From the NCBI GenBank assembly GCA_041657385.1, contig JBBABZ010000001.1, positions 15,313-79,312 on the forward strand: a stretch of DNA of 64,000 nucleotides. Direction: 5' to 3'. Below, piece after piece: positions 39,670 through 48,924 of this stretch (position 1 is its first letter; the number at the start of each line of letters is the position of its first letter). The notes under the pieces were generated by a model that saw only the letters and a list, made by a program, of their open reading frames with translations, did not search any database and was not told the DNA's origin. Position numbers and translations under genes: made by a program. Source of the stretch: Minisyncoccota bacterium. GTDB lineage: Bacteria; Patescibacteriota; Minisyncoccia; Minisyncoccales; JAQTVQ01.

Positions 39670-41970
39670 ATGACCCGCCGTTCTATTTATTTCGCCGCGA
39701 TAATAATCCTCTTTTTTTCTTTGGCCGGGCCATGCCTGGCTGCTTGCGGCAGCTCTTGGTACGGATGCGTAGGAGGCCACAGCAATTCCTGCTCGGACGA
39801 TCTTTGGTTTTATACACAATCCTGCGGCGGATATAACGACAAAGGGCAGTGCTTGAGCTGCCTTACCAATCAAGTTTTATCACAGGACTGTTTTGAATGG
39901 GAACAATGCAGCAGCGGCGCGGCTAAATGCCAATGCTGCGGCGATTGCTTCGGCACTCCAAAAAATCCAAGATACTACGACAACCCCACTTATTCCGACC
40001 AGCCGGACAAAAGCCAAAATTCTCAAAGCATCGATCTTCCCTTAAAGCTGGACTGGGATGACGTCCTCGGCTGGAAAGACGGCTGGACGCAAAACGGAAA
40101 CAAACAATCCTGCTCCAGAAACTGCGCGAATTCTTACCGTTTGACTATCTACGACACAAAGGCAAAAAAAGAAGTCATTAATAAAGTCTTAACAAAGTCA
40201 GAATACAATATCCGCGAAGACAAAGGGCCCTGTTTTTTAGAATCCAGCCGCACTTATGAATGGCACGTCCAAGCCTGCTGCGATTCTAATGGAACCACTT
40301 GCGGCCCGGCCAGCAATTGGAGTTTTACCACTAGCCTAGCACCGGAATTGGATTCTCCTTACGATCCAGATTGGGCCGGCCCGGAAAAAATAGAGAATGT
40401 CGATCTTCCGGTTTCTTTGAAATGGTGCAAGATCAACGAAACCAATTCCCACGACATAAGATTCTTTCTTGTAAAAAACGGGGTGGAACAATGTCATCCA
40501 AGCCTTTTGAACGGAACCGAATGCACCACTTATCCTTTCAACTTAAAAACTCAAACCAATTCCGAAATAACGGTTTTCCAAGACACTGACCTGAATTTCT
40601 TTACTAAAAGCAGCGAATACCGCTGGGAAATTTCTTCCTGTAAAGGCTATGTAAATTCCGAATGCGAGCTTTTCGGCCAGAAATGGTCTTTTTCCACCAA
40701 GGACACCAATTTGATTGCCGCTTCGGGCTATCTCCCTTCAAACGATCCGACAGGAGCAACCCCCATCGGCCTTCCGGTAGATTTCAGCTGGGTCAAAACA
40801 CCCGGAGCCAACTCTTATATTTTTGAACTGAACCCCGTGAACATTAAAAAGACTCTCAACTCAACTGGCCTGCAAATCGACTCTCCTTCTTTACAGTTGA
40901 CGTCCTCCTATAATTGGAGAGTAAAACCTTGCTGGGATTTTGAAGGAAAAGACTGCGAAGATTTCAGCCAAACTTATTATTTCACAACCACCGGCCTGCC
41001 GCCGGTTAATATCAATGTCGACGCCGTATCGTTTCCGGTTGAGATCGATTGGGGTAATGTCAGCGGAGCGTCTTCTTACTATTATCAGCTAGCTTCGGAT
41101 GCCGGCTTTCAAAATATCATTGAAGGAAAGGATGCCAGCCAAAACAAAATAAGTTTTGATTATACTAAGATCAAACAGGAAACCGATTATTGGTTCCGCT
41201 TAAAAACCTGCGCCCATCAAAACGGAGAGCTCTGCGGCGATTGGAGCCAGACAAAAAACTTTAAAACGATCAAACTGGCATCCCCCGCAAACATTAAACC
41301 TCAAAATGGCTCCGTTCTTTCGACGAGCCAAGCGCAAACCTTTTCCTGGAACCCGGTTCCGGCCGCGAAGTATTATAAATATTCTTTAAAATACGCCGAG
41401 ATGGCTGCCGAAGAAACCAATGAAAAATGCCCAGCCCTGCTTAACCAACTCCAAGAAAAAATTACAGCCAACACAAATGCCATAGAGATCATGGACTGCA
41501 AAGGAAAATACCAGCTTCAAGCTCAAGCCTGTATGGAAGCAGATTGCAAGGCCGAGACATCGGGCAGCTGGTCTGCGGTGCAAGAGTTTAGTATAAAATC
41601 AGGAGTCGCTTCAAAAGACCTCCAAGGCAAGGGATTCATCCCTTGCGGCTTGTCAGCCGATGATCCAACAACCCCTTGGGACGAAAGCCAAAGATGCGAG
41701 ATAAAACACTTGTTCATTCTATTGAATATGATCATAAATTTCTTGATGTGGACGCTCGTGCCGATCGTCCTTCTCTTCTTGATGCTGGCTTCCGGAGCGA
41801 TCTTTTATTTCTCGATGGGCAGGGAAGACCCCTTGCCGCGGATCAAGTCTTTATGGAAAGCCGCCGGCATCGGCCTTGGCATTATTTTCTTATCTTGGTT
41901 CATTATCAATATCAGCTTGTCATTGGTCGGATTTAAATTCGGCGCCTTTGGCAAATGGTGGAATTTTTAA
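39670..41970 (+). CDS. Large secreted Cys-rich repeat protein with a C-terminal T4SS-pilin-like membrane domain
   Basis: 766 aa. After a signal peptide come at least 5 repeats of the pattern [LF]xW..V.GA..Y...Y.WRV..C....C..WS....F.T. The C-terminus (GFIPCGLSADDPTTPWDESQRCEIKHLFILLNMIINFLMWTLVPIV...) parallels the pilin at 30264. Confidence 0.65.
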   Translation: MTRRSIYFAAIIILFFSLAGPCLAACGSSWYGCVGGHSNSCSDDLWFYTQSCGGYNDKGQCLSCLTNQVLSQDCFEWEQCSSGAAKCQCCGDCFGTPKNPRYYDNPTYSDQPDKSQNSQSIDLPLKLDWDDVLGWKDGWTQNGNKQSCSRNCANSYRLTIYDTKAKKEVINKVLTKSEYNIREDKGPCFLESSRTYEWHVQACCDSNGTTCGPASNWSFTTSLAPELDSPYDPDWAGPEKIENVDLPVSLKWCKINETNSHDIRFFLVKNGVEQCHPSLLNGTECTTYPFNLKTQTNSEITVFQDTDLNFFTKSSEYRWEISSCKGYVNSECELFGQKWSFSTKDTNLIAASGYLPSNDPTGATPIGLPVDFSWVKTPGANSYIFELNPVNIKKTLNSTGLQIDSPSLQLTSSYNWRVKPCWDFEGKDCEDFSQTYYFTTTGLPPVNINVDAVSFPVEIDWGNVSGASSYYYQLASDAGFQNIIEGKDASQNKISFDYTKIKQETDYWFRLKTCAHQNGELCGDWSQTKNFKTIKLASPANIKPQNGSVLSTSQAQTFSWNPVPAAKYYKYSLKYAEMAAEETNEKCPALLNQLQEKITANTNAIEIMDCKGKYQLQAQACMEADCKAETSGSWSAVQEFSIKSGVASKDLQGKGFIPCGLSADDPTTPWDESQRCEIKHLFILLNMIINFLMWTLVPIVLLFLMLASGAIFYFSMGREDPLPRIKSLWKAAGIGLGIIFLSWFIINISLSLVGFKFGAFGKWWNF

Positions 41971-41974
41971 AATT

Positions 41975-42643
41975 ATGCCTAAACTTAAAATAACATTTCT
42001 AATTTTTATAGGCCTTATGGCTGTTCTTTTGGTTTCCAATTGGGCGTCAACGAGCTATCTGAAAAATCAAATAAAAAAAATCCAGCCGCAAAACGGCGAG
42101 GATCAAACTTCTTCCGCAAGCAGCACGCCTCTTTCGATCGAAGAGATTATCAAAGAGAGCAGCTATAAAACCCTTAAAACAGCTGACCAAAAATTATCGA
42201 TCAAGTGCCCGATCGATTGGGTTGAAATAGGGGAAGAAAAAATATTAAAATATTTCGACGCTGAAACGGTCAGCCGATATCAGATAAAAATTCCTTTGGC
42301 CGCTGTAAAAAAAGACGGGGCCCAGCTGATGGTCACGGAAATTTTTATGGACTCGACCAGCACTCTCAAAGACGCTCTGTCTGCAAACGAAGAAATATAC
42401 AAAAAAACAGGGCAAGATGTTAATATTTTGTTGCAAAGCGAAAAAGAAAAAGAGCTGTATTTTGAAGCCGAATATACCCAAAAAGAGGAAAAAATGACCA
42501 GCCAGGAAAAAATATTGGAAACTGCGGACGATCAAGAAAAAAAACATTTTTACATTGTTTCGGTTGTCGTTCCAAGCGATCTGTCAAAAAATTATCAAGA
42601 AACAGGAAGCGAGATGCTAAGCTCTATTCAAATTAATAATTAA
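41975..42643 (+). CDS. Secreted/anchored hypothetical protein
   Basis: The ATG at 41975 gives MPKLKITFLIFIGLMAVLLVSNWAS. The track start at 41876 overlaps the previous gene. Confidence 0.5.
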   Translation: MPKLKITFLIFIGLMAVLLVSNWASTSYLKNQIKKIQPQNGEDQTSSASSTPLSIEEIIKESSYKTLKTADQKLSIKCPIDWVEIGEEKILKYFDAETVSRYQIKIPLAAVKKDGAQLMVTEIFMDSTSTLKDALSANEEIYKKTGQDVNILLQSEKEKELYFEAEYTQKEEKMTSQEKILETADDQEKKHFYIVSVVVPSDLSKNYQETGSEMLSSIQINN

Positions 42644-42663
42644 TTTGTGGTATAATATCGGCA

Positions 42664-43650
42664 ATGAAAATAGCAAAAAAAATTATTTTTTCTTTAATGG
42701 TTTTGGGCCTACTGGCCCCTTTAAAAATTTTTGCGCTGGAAATAGATTGGCCGGCTTCTCCGGCTGGCACAAATCTGTCAGATCAAAGCACTCTCACAGA
42801 GCTGACCAAATACTCTTACGAATGGGCGATAACACTGGGCATCTTGGCTTTTTTTGTTTCAATAGTTATTAACGGAGTTAAGTATATGACCTCAACCGGT
42901 GATCCCGGCAAAACTGCGAATGTGCGCAAAAGAATACAATCCTCGGCCGCGGGACTGGGCTTACTTCTTGGCTCTTGGATCCTTTTAAACTTCTTGAACC
43001 CAAGATTAACCACTCTTTTTATTCCTGATCCAAACCAAGATTTAGCCACGCAAATGATTGAATATGAAGACTTCAGCAAACTTAAAGAAAACTCCTGCGA
43101 TCTTATAATTATTTATCCTAAAAAAAATTACGAAGAAGATAGTAACTTTGATCCACCAAAAGAAGTTCTTTATAACAGCGCAAAATCTCCCATAGATTTC
43201 AAAGTAAGTTTTTTTCCTCATTCTTTAAAAGTGTTGAAACAAATTAAAGGAGACGAACAATTAGTCTTAATGGACCAAGCAAACAGGCTGATCAGGGAAG
43301 AAAATGAAAAAATCAGAAAAGCAAATGAAGAAATGGTAAGATCGGGAGTTCAGGGGCCACCACAAGTGGAAAAACCGGAAAAAACTTTAAACGAGGCCAT
43401 AAAAGAAAAATACGGTTCTGACCCTTTTCCTTATAGTGGGGGGCTTTTTGTTGATGCCCCTCCTGGCTGTGTTGCATACTTCTACAGAAAAGACCCTAAA
43501 TATTTGTCGACGAGCATCTTTGGAACAGAGGATGTTCTAGCTTTTCAAATGTATGGCAGTAATCCTGATTTTAATACTCTTTATTCTGAAAACGAACTGA
43601 ATCAGATTAAAAAATTCAGAGTGGTTATCCCTGGTACTGTGAGTGAGTAA
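42664..43650 (+). CDS. T4SS-pilin-like N-terminal domain protein with an extra C-terminal domain
   Basis: 328 aa. A signal is followed by LEIDWPASPAGTNL...YSYEWAITLGILAFFVSIVINGVKYMTSTGDPGKTANVRKRIQSSAAGLGLLLGSWILLNFL. This gives two TM helices flanking a G-D-P loop, as in TrbC/VirB2-like pilins. Confidence 0.55.
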   Translation: MKIAKKIIFSLMVLGLLAPLKIFALEIDWPASPAGTNLSDQSTLTELTKYSYEWAITLGILAFFVSIVINGVKYMTSTGDPGKTANVRKRIQSSAAGLGLLLGSWILLNFLNPRLTTLFIPDPNQDLATQMIEYEDFSKLKENSCDLIIIYPKKNYEEDSNFDPPKEVLYNSAKSPIDFKVSFFPHSLKVLKQIKGDEQLVLMDQANRLIREENEKIRKANEEMVRSGVQGPPQVEKPEKTLNEAIKEKYGSDPFPYSGGLFVDAPPGCVAYFYRKDPKYLSTSIFGTEDVLAFQMYGSNPDFNTLYSENELNQIKKFRVVIPGTVSE

Positions 43651-43694
43651 TTAATTAACTTCTTGCTTCTATTTTTTTTAGGACTAAAAATAAC

Positions 43695-45917
43695 ATGATC
43701 CCAAAAAAATATTATTATTTTCTCGCAATTTTCATCGCTTTTTTTGGCTTGTTTTTTGTTGTAAAAACAGCTTCCGCCGGCGGGATACCTTTTATTTCAG
43801 AGCTTCCCTCCAGTGAAGGATTTTTAAGCTCAATCGAAGAAATAGCCGGCCCCATCCTGCAAGAAGCAATAGGTCTTTTTACTGCGATCATCAAAGCCTT
43901 TGTAATGGTTTTTGTATCCGCCCATCTCTTGGATTGGGCGATGACCCAGCCCATAGGCCTTGATGATAAACTCGTGACAACAGGCTGGGCCTTTACTTTA
44001 GCTCTGACAAATTTGATCTTTATTTTTATCATCCTTTATATCGCCATAAAGCAGATCGTCAGCGACGAAGGAGATATGAACTCTATTAAAAAATACCTTC
44101 CCAGATTAATAACCACTATTCTACTGGTAAATTTTGGCGTGGTTTTTATAAAAATGGCGATCGATATCGCCTTTATTTTGCAAAGGAGCATGGTTCCCTC
44201 TGATTCAAGCCTGGCTTTTAACAGCCTATCCGGATTGGAACAACAGATTAGCGGGATTTTAATAAGTTATGGACTCTACTTTGGCGCAGGGATTCTTGCT
44301 TCTTTCCTGCCGTCAGCCGCAGCTGTCTGGCAAGGATTAGCCTGGCCGACATATATTTTAATGGCGCCGGCAAGGATCAGCGCCGAGATCCAAATTTATG
44401 TTTGCAACACTTTGGCAGGCATTTATTTTCTTTATGCCTTATATTTTATAATAAGGATCTATGTAATTAAAATTTTAACCATAATTTTCCCTTTAGCTTT
44501 TGCCTGTTACGCCATCCCAAGCGAAGGCGCCCAAAAATTATGGAAACAATGGTCTAACTTTTTTATCACTTGGGTCTTTTTCCCTATACCCTTGCTCTTT
44601 TTCCTGGTCCTCGGGCTTAAATTGCTTCAAGACATAATGCCGGCTGGAATGGCTGCAATGGCAACCCCCCTTGCTTTCTGGCAAATAGCTACAAATGGAA
44701 ATTTGCTCAGCCCAGCTGTAAACTACTATATCGCCCTTATCGCTTACCTTGCCACTTTAGCTTATCTGAAAGTTAAATTTTCGCCAAGCCTCGATATTGG
44801 AGGAATAAAGGGAGGGGCACTGATAGACAAGGGGAAAAACTTTGTTCTTAACAGGGCTAAACAATCCTTCGCCGGGGCCGCTGTCAACCAGCGGGCAAGA
44901 GAAAAAACCGTACAGGCAGAAGAAGCAAGCGGCAAAAAATCAGGATGGATGAAAAGAACGGGGATGATGGCCGGCTCTCTTGCTGCGGGAGTGGTAGAAA
45001 ATGAATTTAGAAGCTCCGGAACTACTTCCAACATAGAGCTTGCCAAGGCTATTAAAGAAAAAAAAGAAGAATACAAAAAACAATTCGGAGAAGATATGGA
45101 AAGCGCCTCAAAATTTTTCAACGACCCTTCGTCAGCTCCGAAGACAGATCTCGAAAAAAGAGCTTTTTCTTCATACCTTGTTGATAATGCCAAAAGCGGC
45201 GAAGACTTAAAAAAGGCTTTGGACGGCGGCGGATTTTTAAAGAGATCTTTTAAGATAGAAAATCTCAAAGAAAGAAAAGCCAGAGTAACGATGAAAGTGG
45301 AGGACCTGCTCAAGGCCTCGGACGAAAAAACCGCAGATGCCTTAAAAAGGAGTATGATCGGCGAAACAGTTGTTGAATCAAAATTGTGGAATTTGACCGG
45401 CGGCAGCAAAGATATCAAGTCAAAATTCACACTCGCTGAAGAAGAGGTTAAAAAGGTCGTTGGAGGAGCCAAAAGCGAGGAAGACATGAAGCAGTTTATC
45501 CCAGGCTTTGAAAAAGACCCAGCCGCTCTTGAAAAAATAATGGAATTTGACGTTGAACAGCTTACGGCGCTAGCGAAAACCCATCGCTCCGCGCTTAAAG
45601 AATATGTCAAAAAGGTCAATGAAAAAGGCGTTGAAGATTTTGCAAAAGACCACGCCAGCCAGATGATGTTTATAGTTGGAACCGCCGGCCAAGCCGTCTT
45701 GCGGGATAAAGACAACAATGTCCTTGATAAAAAAGCGATTCAAGAAATGATAAGCGGAGTTAAAAAACACCAAGAGGACCCACCTATAGCTGGGTTTGCG
45801 CCAGAGAAAAAAGAGGCCTCGCCCGAACCTCCCAAAACGACAGAAGAAAAGGTAGAAGGGACGGGGGGCAGAAAATCTACAGCCGAAAGGATAAACGAAA
45901 AAAGAAATAAGGGATAA
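43695..45917 (+). CDS. Polytopic membrane protein, putative VirB6/TrbL/PrgH-like T4SS channel component with a long charged C-terminal tail
   Basis: 740 aa with about 8 hydrophobic helices in the first 370 aa, then a Lys/Glu-rich tail. The call rests on its position between the pilin-like genes and PrgI/VirB4, with no motif-level match. Confidence 0.4.
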   Translation: MIPKKYYYFLAIFIAFFGLFFVVKTASAGGIPFISELPSSEGFLSSIEEIAGPILQEAIGLFTAIIKAFVMVFVSAHLLDWAMTQPIGLDDKLVTTGWAFTLALTNLIFIFIILYIAIKQIVSDEGDMNSIKKYLPRLITTILLVNFGVVFIKMAIDIAFILQRSMVPSDSSLAFNSLSGLEQQISGILISYGLYFGAGILASFLPSAAAVWQGLAWPTYILMAPARISAEIQIYVCNTLAGIYFLYALYFIIRIYVIKILTIIFPLAFACYAIPSEGAQKLWKQWSNFFITWVFFPIPLLFFLVLGLKLLQDIMPAGMAAMATPLAFWQIATNGNLLSPAVNYYIALIAYLATLAYLKVKFSPSLDIGGIKGGALIDKGKNFVLNRAKQSFAGAAVNQRAREKTVQAEEASGKKSGWMKRTGMMAGSLAAGVVENEFRSSGTTSNIELAKAIKEKKEEYKKQFGEDMESASKFFNDPSSAPKTDLEKRAFSSYLVDNAKSGEDLKKALDGGGFLKRSFKIENLKERKARVTMKVEDLLKASDEKTADALKRSMIGETVVESKLWNLTGGSKDIKSKFTLAEEEVKKVVGGAKSEEDMKQFIPGFEKDPAALEKIMEFDVEQLTALAKTHRSALKEYVKKVNEKGVEDFAKDHASQMMFIVGTAGQAVLRDKDNNVLDKKAIQEMISGVKKHQEDPPIAGFAPEKKEASPEPPKTTEEKVEGTGGRKSTAERINEKRNKG

Positions 45918-45930
45918 AAACGTCAAAACA

Positions 45931-45962
45931 AAAGAGGCCGATTAAATTGGCCTCTTTTTTGT
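45931..45962. terminator. Bidirectional rho-independent terminator between convergent genes
   Basis: AAAAGAGGCC-gattaaatt-GGCCTCTTTTTT, with an A-run and a T-run on either side. Confidence 0.75.
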
Positions 45963-45968
45963 TGTTCT

Positions 45969-47048
45969 TTAACCCTTTCTTTTGTCTGGCTTTTTCGTCA
46001 AGCTCTTAGCAATTTCGGGGAAATTAGATCCTATCCCGCGTATATGCTCGCTCTTCAAATCCACCACTAAAGATGAGACTGTAAGCAACGCCGTCTGATA
46101 AATAGCCGCTCCTTCTTCCTTCCCAAACCTTTCTATCAACATCTTGATCATCGCCTCTTCTCCATCTTTATAGAGAAACGCTGCCGCCTTACTTCCCTCC
46201 GCTTTCAAGATAGCGGCTTTTTTTTCTCCTTCAGCCTTTTCGATTGCTGCCTCCTTTTCTTTGGTCGCGATATATTTCGCGGCAATGATCTTCTCCCAAT
46301 CTGGCGGAGGCATGATATTCTGCACTTGAATATCGGAAAGTTCTATTCCATAATCAATCAACAATTCCTCAATAATGGACCTTTCGTTGGAATATCCGGC
46401 TCCTTTTTTCTTTTCTTCACTGTTGCCTTTAGAATCTTCGGGCAGTCTTTTTTCTCTTAACATCTTCATAAAAGTAGCACCCAAATCTCCCTTTTCTTTG
46501 ACCATTGATTCTAGCGTCTTCTCTCCGATAACGTCTCGGATAACCGGTCCGGTTTTGTTAACCAACATTTCCATCCAATTTTCACAGTCGAAAAGCGCTT
46601 TCTTGGGGTTAACCACTTTGGCCGTATAAATTATCCCCACTGAAGCTAGCCTGACCTGGTTAGAATCTAATGGCGCAAGAATATCCGCATAATACAAGTC
46701 ACTTTTGAGGAAGACATAATCTATTATTCTCAAGTCATGGTGATCTTTTTCTCCTCTCTGATTGACCGACGTCCATTCCCAAGGATATTCATAAATATAA
46801 TCCAGCGGATTAATGCTGAAAAATCTTATTCCTCCTAAAAAATGGCCATGACTTTTCTCTCCAGGGGAGAGGGGAACTATATTCCATTCACGATCAAACT
46901 TATACCCGTCATAATTCAAAAGCCCTCCTCTGAATTCTCCATATCTTACAATAATTTTGCAATAACCATTCTCGATTTGCGTATAGAATCTCCGCTTTTT
47001 ATAATCAGCTATTTTTTCCTTTGACTTTAGTGTTGCTTCTCCTTCCAT
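45969..47048 (-). CDS. SPFH/band-7 (prohibitin/flotillin-like) domain protein
   Basis: 359 aa. The C-terminal region (IQVQNIMPPPDWEKIIAAKYIATKEKEAAIEKAEGEKKAAILKAEGSKAAA) is typical of SPFH proteins. Confidence 0.6.
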   Translation of the reverse strand: MEGEATLKSKEKIADYKKRRFYTQIENGYCKIIVRYGEFRGGLLNYDGYKFDREWNIVPLSPGEKSHGHFLGGIRFFSINPLDYIYEYPWEWTSVNQRGEKDHHDLRIIDYVFLKSDLYYADILAPLDSNQVRLASVGIIYTAKVVNPKKALFDCENWMEMLVNKTGPVIRDVIGEKTLESMVKEKGDLGATFMKMLREKRLPEDSKGNSEEKKKGAGYSNERSIIEELLIDYGIELSDIQVQNIMPPPDWEKIIAAKYIATKEKEAAIEKAEGEKKAAILKAEGSKAAAFLYKDGEEAMIKMLIERFGKEEGAAIYQTALLTVSSLVVDLKSEHIRGIGSNFPEIAKSLTKKPDKRKG

Positions 47049-47320
47049 ATTTCTTTCTTTAAAAGATCTTCTTCAGCCTTGGCGTTACCCTTGGCTGAAA
47101 AGATAACCCTTTAAAGGTTACGTTTATTATTTCAGCCTTGGTTTAAGCCAAGTTTAGATGATTATTTTATACAATATTTTAGTTATTCTGTCAAATATTT
47201 TTATAAACTAAAAACCCTCCAAAAAACACGCTCAACTCTGCGAGTAAGTTGAAATTTTTACAGGATAGGGGAAAAATCTGCTTTTGACAAAAGCGGATTT
47301 ATGTTAAAATATTTTTAAGC

Positions 47321-47821
47321 ATGCAAAAAGAAATTTCAGAACAACAATTTTGGGAGGCATACGATGCTATCCCCGCTGAATTGCAGGATGCGATTTTTTC
47401 CGAAAAAACGGCAAAAGCCATTTTCAATGCTTGTGTCGAAAATGGCATAGAAGATGAAAGAATATCTAAGGTCGCTAAAAACGTCGGAGATGTCCTTTTG
47501 GGCCTTCTTTCTCCTGAACAATTACAGCCAACGCTGGAACTTGATCTAAATTTAGAGTCGCAAGCATCGGAAAATATCTGCCAAGCGATATATAATACTA
47601 TCTTTGAACCAGTCCGCTCGCAGCTCGCAGAGCTTTATCTCCATAATAATGAAGAGAGAAAAGAAACAAAAATAAAAATAGAGGTCGAACCAAAAATAGA
47701 GAAACCTTCATCTGAAGATGTACTAGGTAACAATCCTAAAAAAGAAGACAAAAAACCTATCCCTGCCAAATCGGCGACAGAAAAGTCTTCTTCTGTTTCC
47801 TACCGCGAGCCAATCGGCTAA
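47321..47821 (+). CDS. Hypothetical protein
   Basis: 166-aa ORF with an acidic N-terminal half and a Lys-rich C-terminal tail. No family was recognised. Confidence 0.45.
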   Translation: MQKEISEQQFWEAYDAIPAELQDAIFSEKTAKAIFNACVENGIEDERISKVAKNVGDVLLGLLSPEQLQPTLELDLNLESQASENICQAIYNTIFEPVRSQLAELYLHNNEERKETKIKIEVEPKIEKPSSEDVLGNNPKKEDKKPIPAKSATEKSSSVSYREPIG

Positions 47822-47835
47822 CCTCAAATCAAACT

Positions 47836-48252
47836 ATGCAATTCCAAGTTCCTCAATTCATAGAACACGAAGCAAAAATTTTAGGACCCCTGACTTTCAG
47901 GCAGACTATTTTTATGGGCATTGCCGCCATGGTCTGCTTTATGCTTTATTTTGCTTTTGGCAAAACTAATTTCTTTTTATTCATCTTGTCATCTATCTTG
48001 ATCGTAGGAGGAACGGCAGCTCTGGCTTTTGTCAAAATTAGCGGGCAGACCTTATCTTTGATCGTAAAAAATTTTTTCATTTTCAGCCTAGCCCCGAAAC
48101 TCTATCTTTGGAAAAGGAAGGAGACTGCGGTATATTTTGAAAAATCTCCAATTAAGCCCGTTGGAAAAGAAGAGCCGAAAAACTCTCCGCTTAAAATAGT
48201 GAAAGGCAGCAATATAAAAGATTTAAGTAAAAAATTGGATTTCGGCGGATAA
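47836..48252 (+). CDS. PrgI-family (VirB3-like) T4SS membrane protein
   Basis: It reads MQFQVPQFIEHEAKILGPLTFRQTIFMGIAAMVCFMLYF, the characteristic PrgI-family N-terminus, followed by two TM helices. Confidence 0.7.
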   Translation: MQFQVPQFIEHEAKILGPLTFRQTIFMGIAAMVCFMLYFAFGKTNFFLFILSSILIVGGTAALAFVKISGQTLSLIVKNFFIFSLAPKLYLWKRKETAVYFEKSPIKPVGKEEPKNSPLKIVKGSNIKDLSKKLDFGG

Positions 48253-48259
48253 ATTTATT

Positions 48260-48901
48260 ATGGCAAAGATCGCAACCCAACAATTTCTTCCCATCGACCA
48301 AATCAGAGAAGGAGTACTGCTCTTAAAAGACAGATCTATGAGGGGGGTCATTATGATCTCTTCTTTGAATTTCGCCTTGAAATCGGAAGATGAACAAACG
48401 GCCATCATCTACCAATTCCAAAATTTCCTAAATTCTCTGGATTTTTCCTGCCAAATAATCGCTCAATCTCGAAAATTAAACATAACCGGATACCTCGAAA
48501 AGCTCAAAGAGATAGAAAAGGCCCAGCAAAACGAACTTCTCAAAACGCAGACGGCTGAATATCGCAAATTCATTGAACAAATAATAAGCGGGGGATCGAT
48601 CATGTCAAAAAGTTTTTATACCGTTGTCCCTTATTATCCTTTAATAGATATTCCTGGAGCTCCTGGAGCAAAACAAAAAAAAGATGCCAGCAGGGCTAGT
48701 TTGACCGAAGAAAAATTCCAGCGCGGAAAATATCAGTTATGGCAAAGGATGGAATATGTTGTTTTGGGGTTAAGGCGCTGCGGCTTAAGAGGAAGCCCTC
48801 TCAACACCCCTGAACTGATCGAATTGCTTTGGGCCCATCATCATCCAAAAGAAGCAGAATCCGGATATTATCCTGAATTGCCCCCGGAAATGTTAATTTA
48901 A
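48260..48901 (+). CDS. VirB4/TraE-type N-terminal domain as a separate ORF
   Basis: It reads TQQFLPIDQIREGVLLLKDRSMRGVIMISSLNFALKSEDEQTAIIYQFQNFLNSLDFSCQIIAQS, which resembles the N-terminus of Gram-positive VirB4-like ATPases. Confidence 0.5.
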   Translation: MAKIATQQFLPIDQIREGVLLLKDRSMRGVIMISSLNFALKSEDEQTAIIYQFQNFLNSLDFSCQIIAQSRKLNITGYLEKLKEIEKAQQNELLKTQTAEYRKFIEQIISGGSIMSKSFYTVVPYYPLIDIPGAPGAKQKKDASRASLTEEKFQRGKYQLWQRMEYVVLGLRRCGLRGSPLNTPELIELLWAHHHPKEAESGYYPELPPEMLI

Positions 48902-48924
48902 TATATTAAAAAGCCTTAATCTCA

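Noticed and set aside
47049-47320. Repeated TTCAGCCTTGG motifs and small hairpins in the SPFH / hypothetical divergent spacer as a distinct regulatory element
   Set aside because: There are only two short copies and weak stems (7 bp with a 14-nt loop). This cannot be distinguished from chance or an ordinary 5' UTR structure without comparative data.
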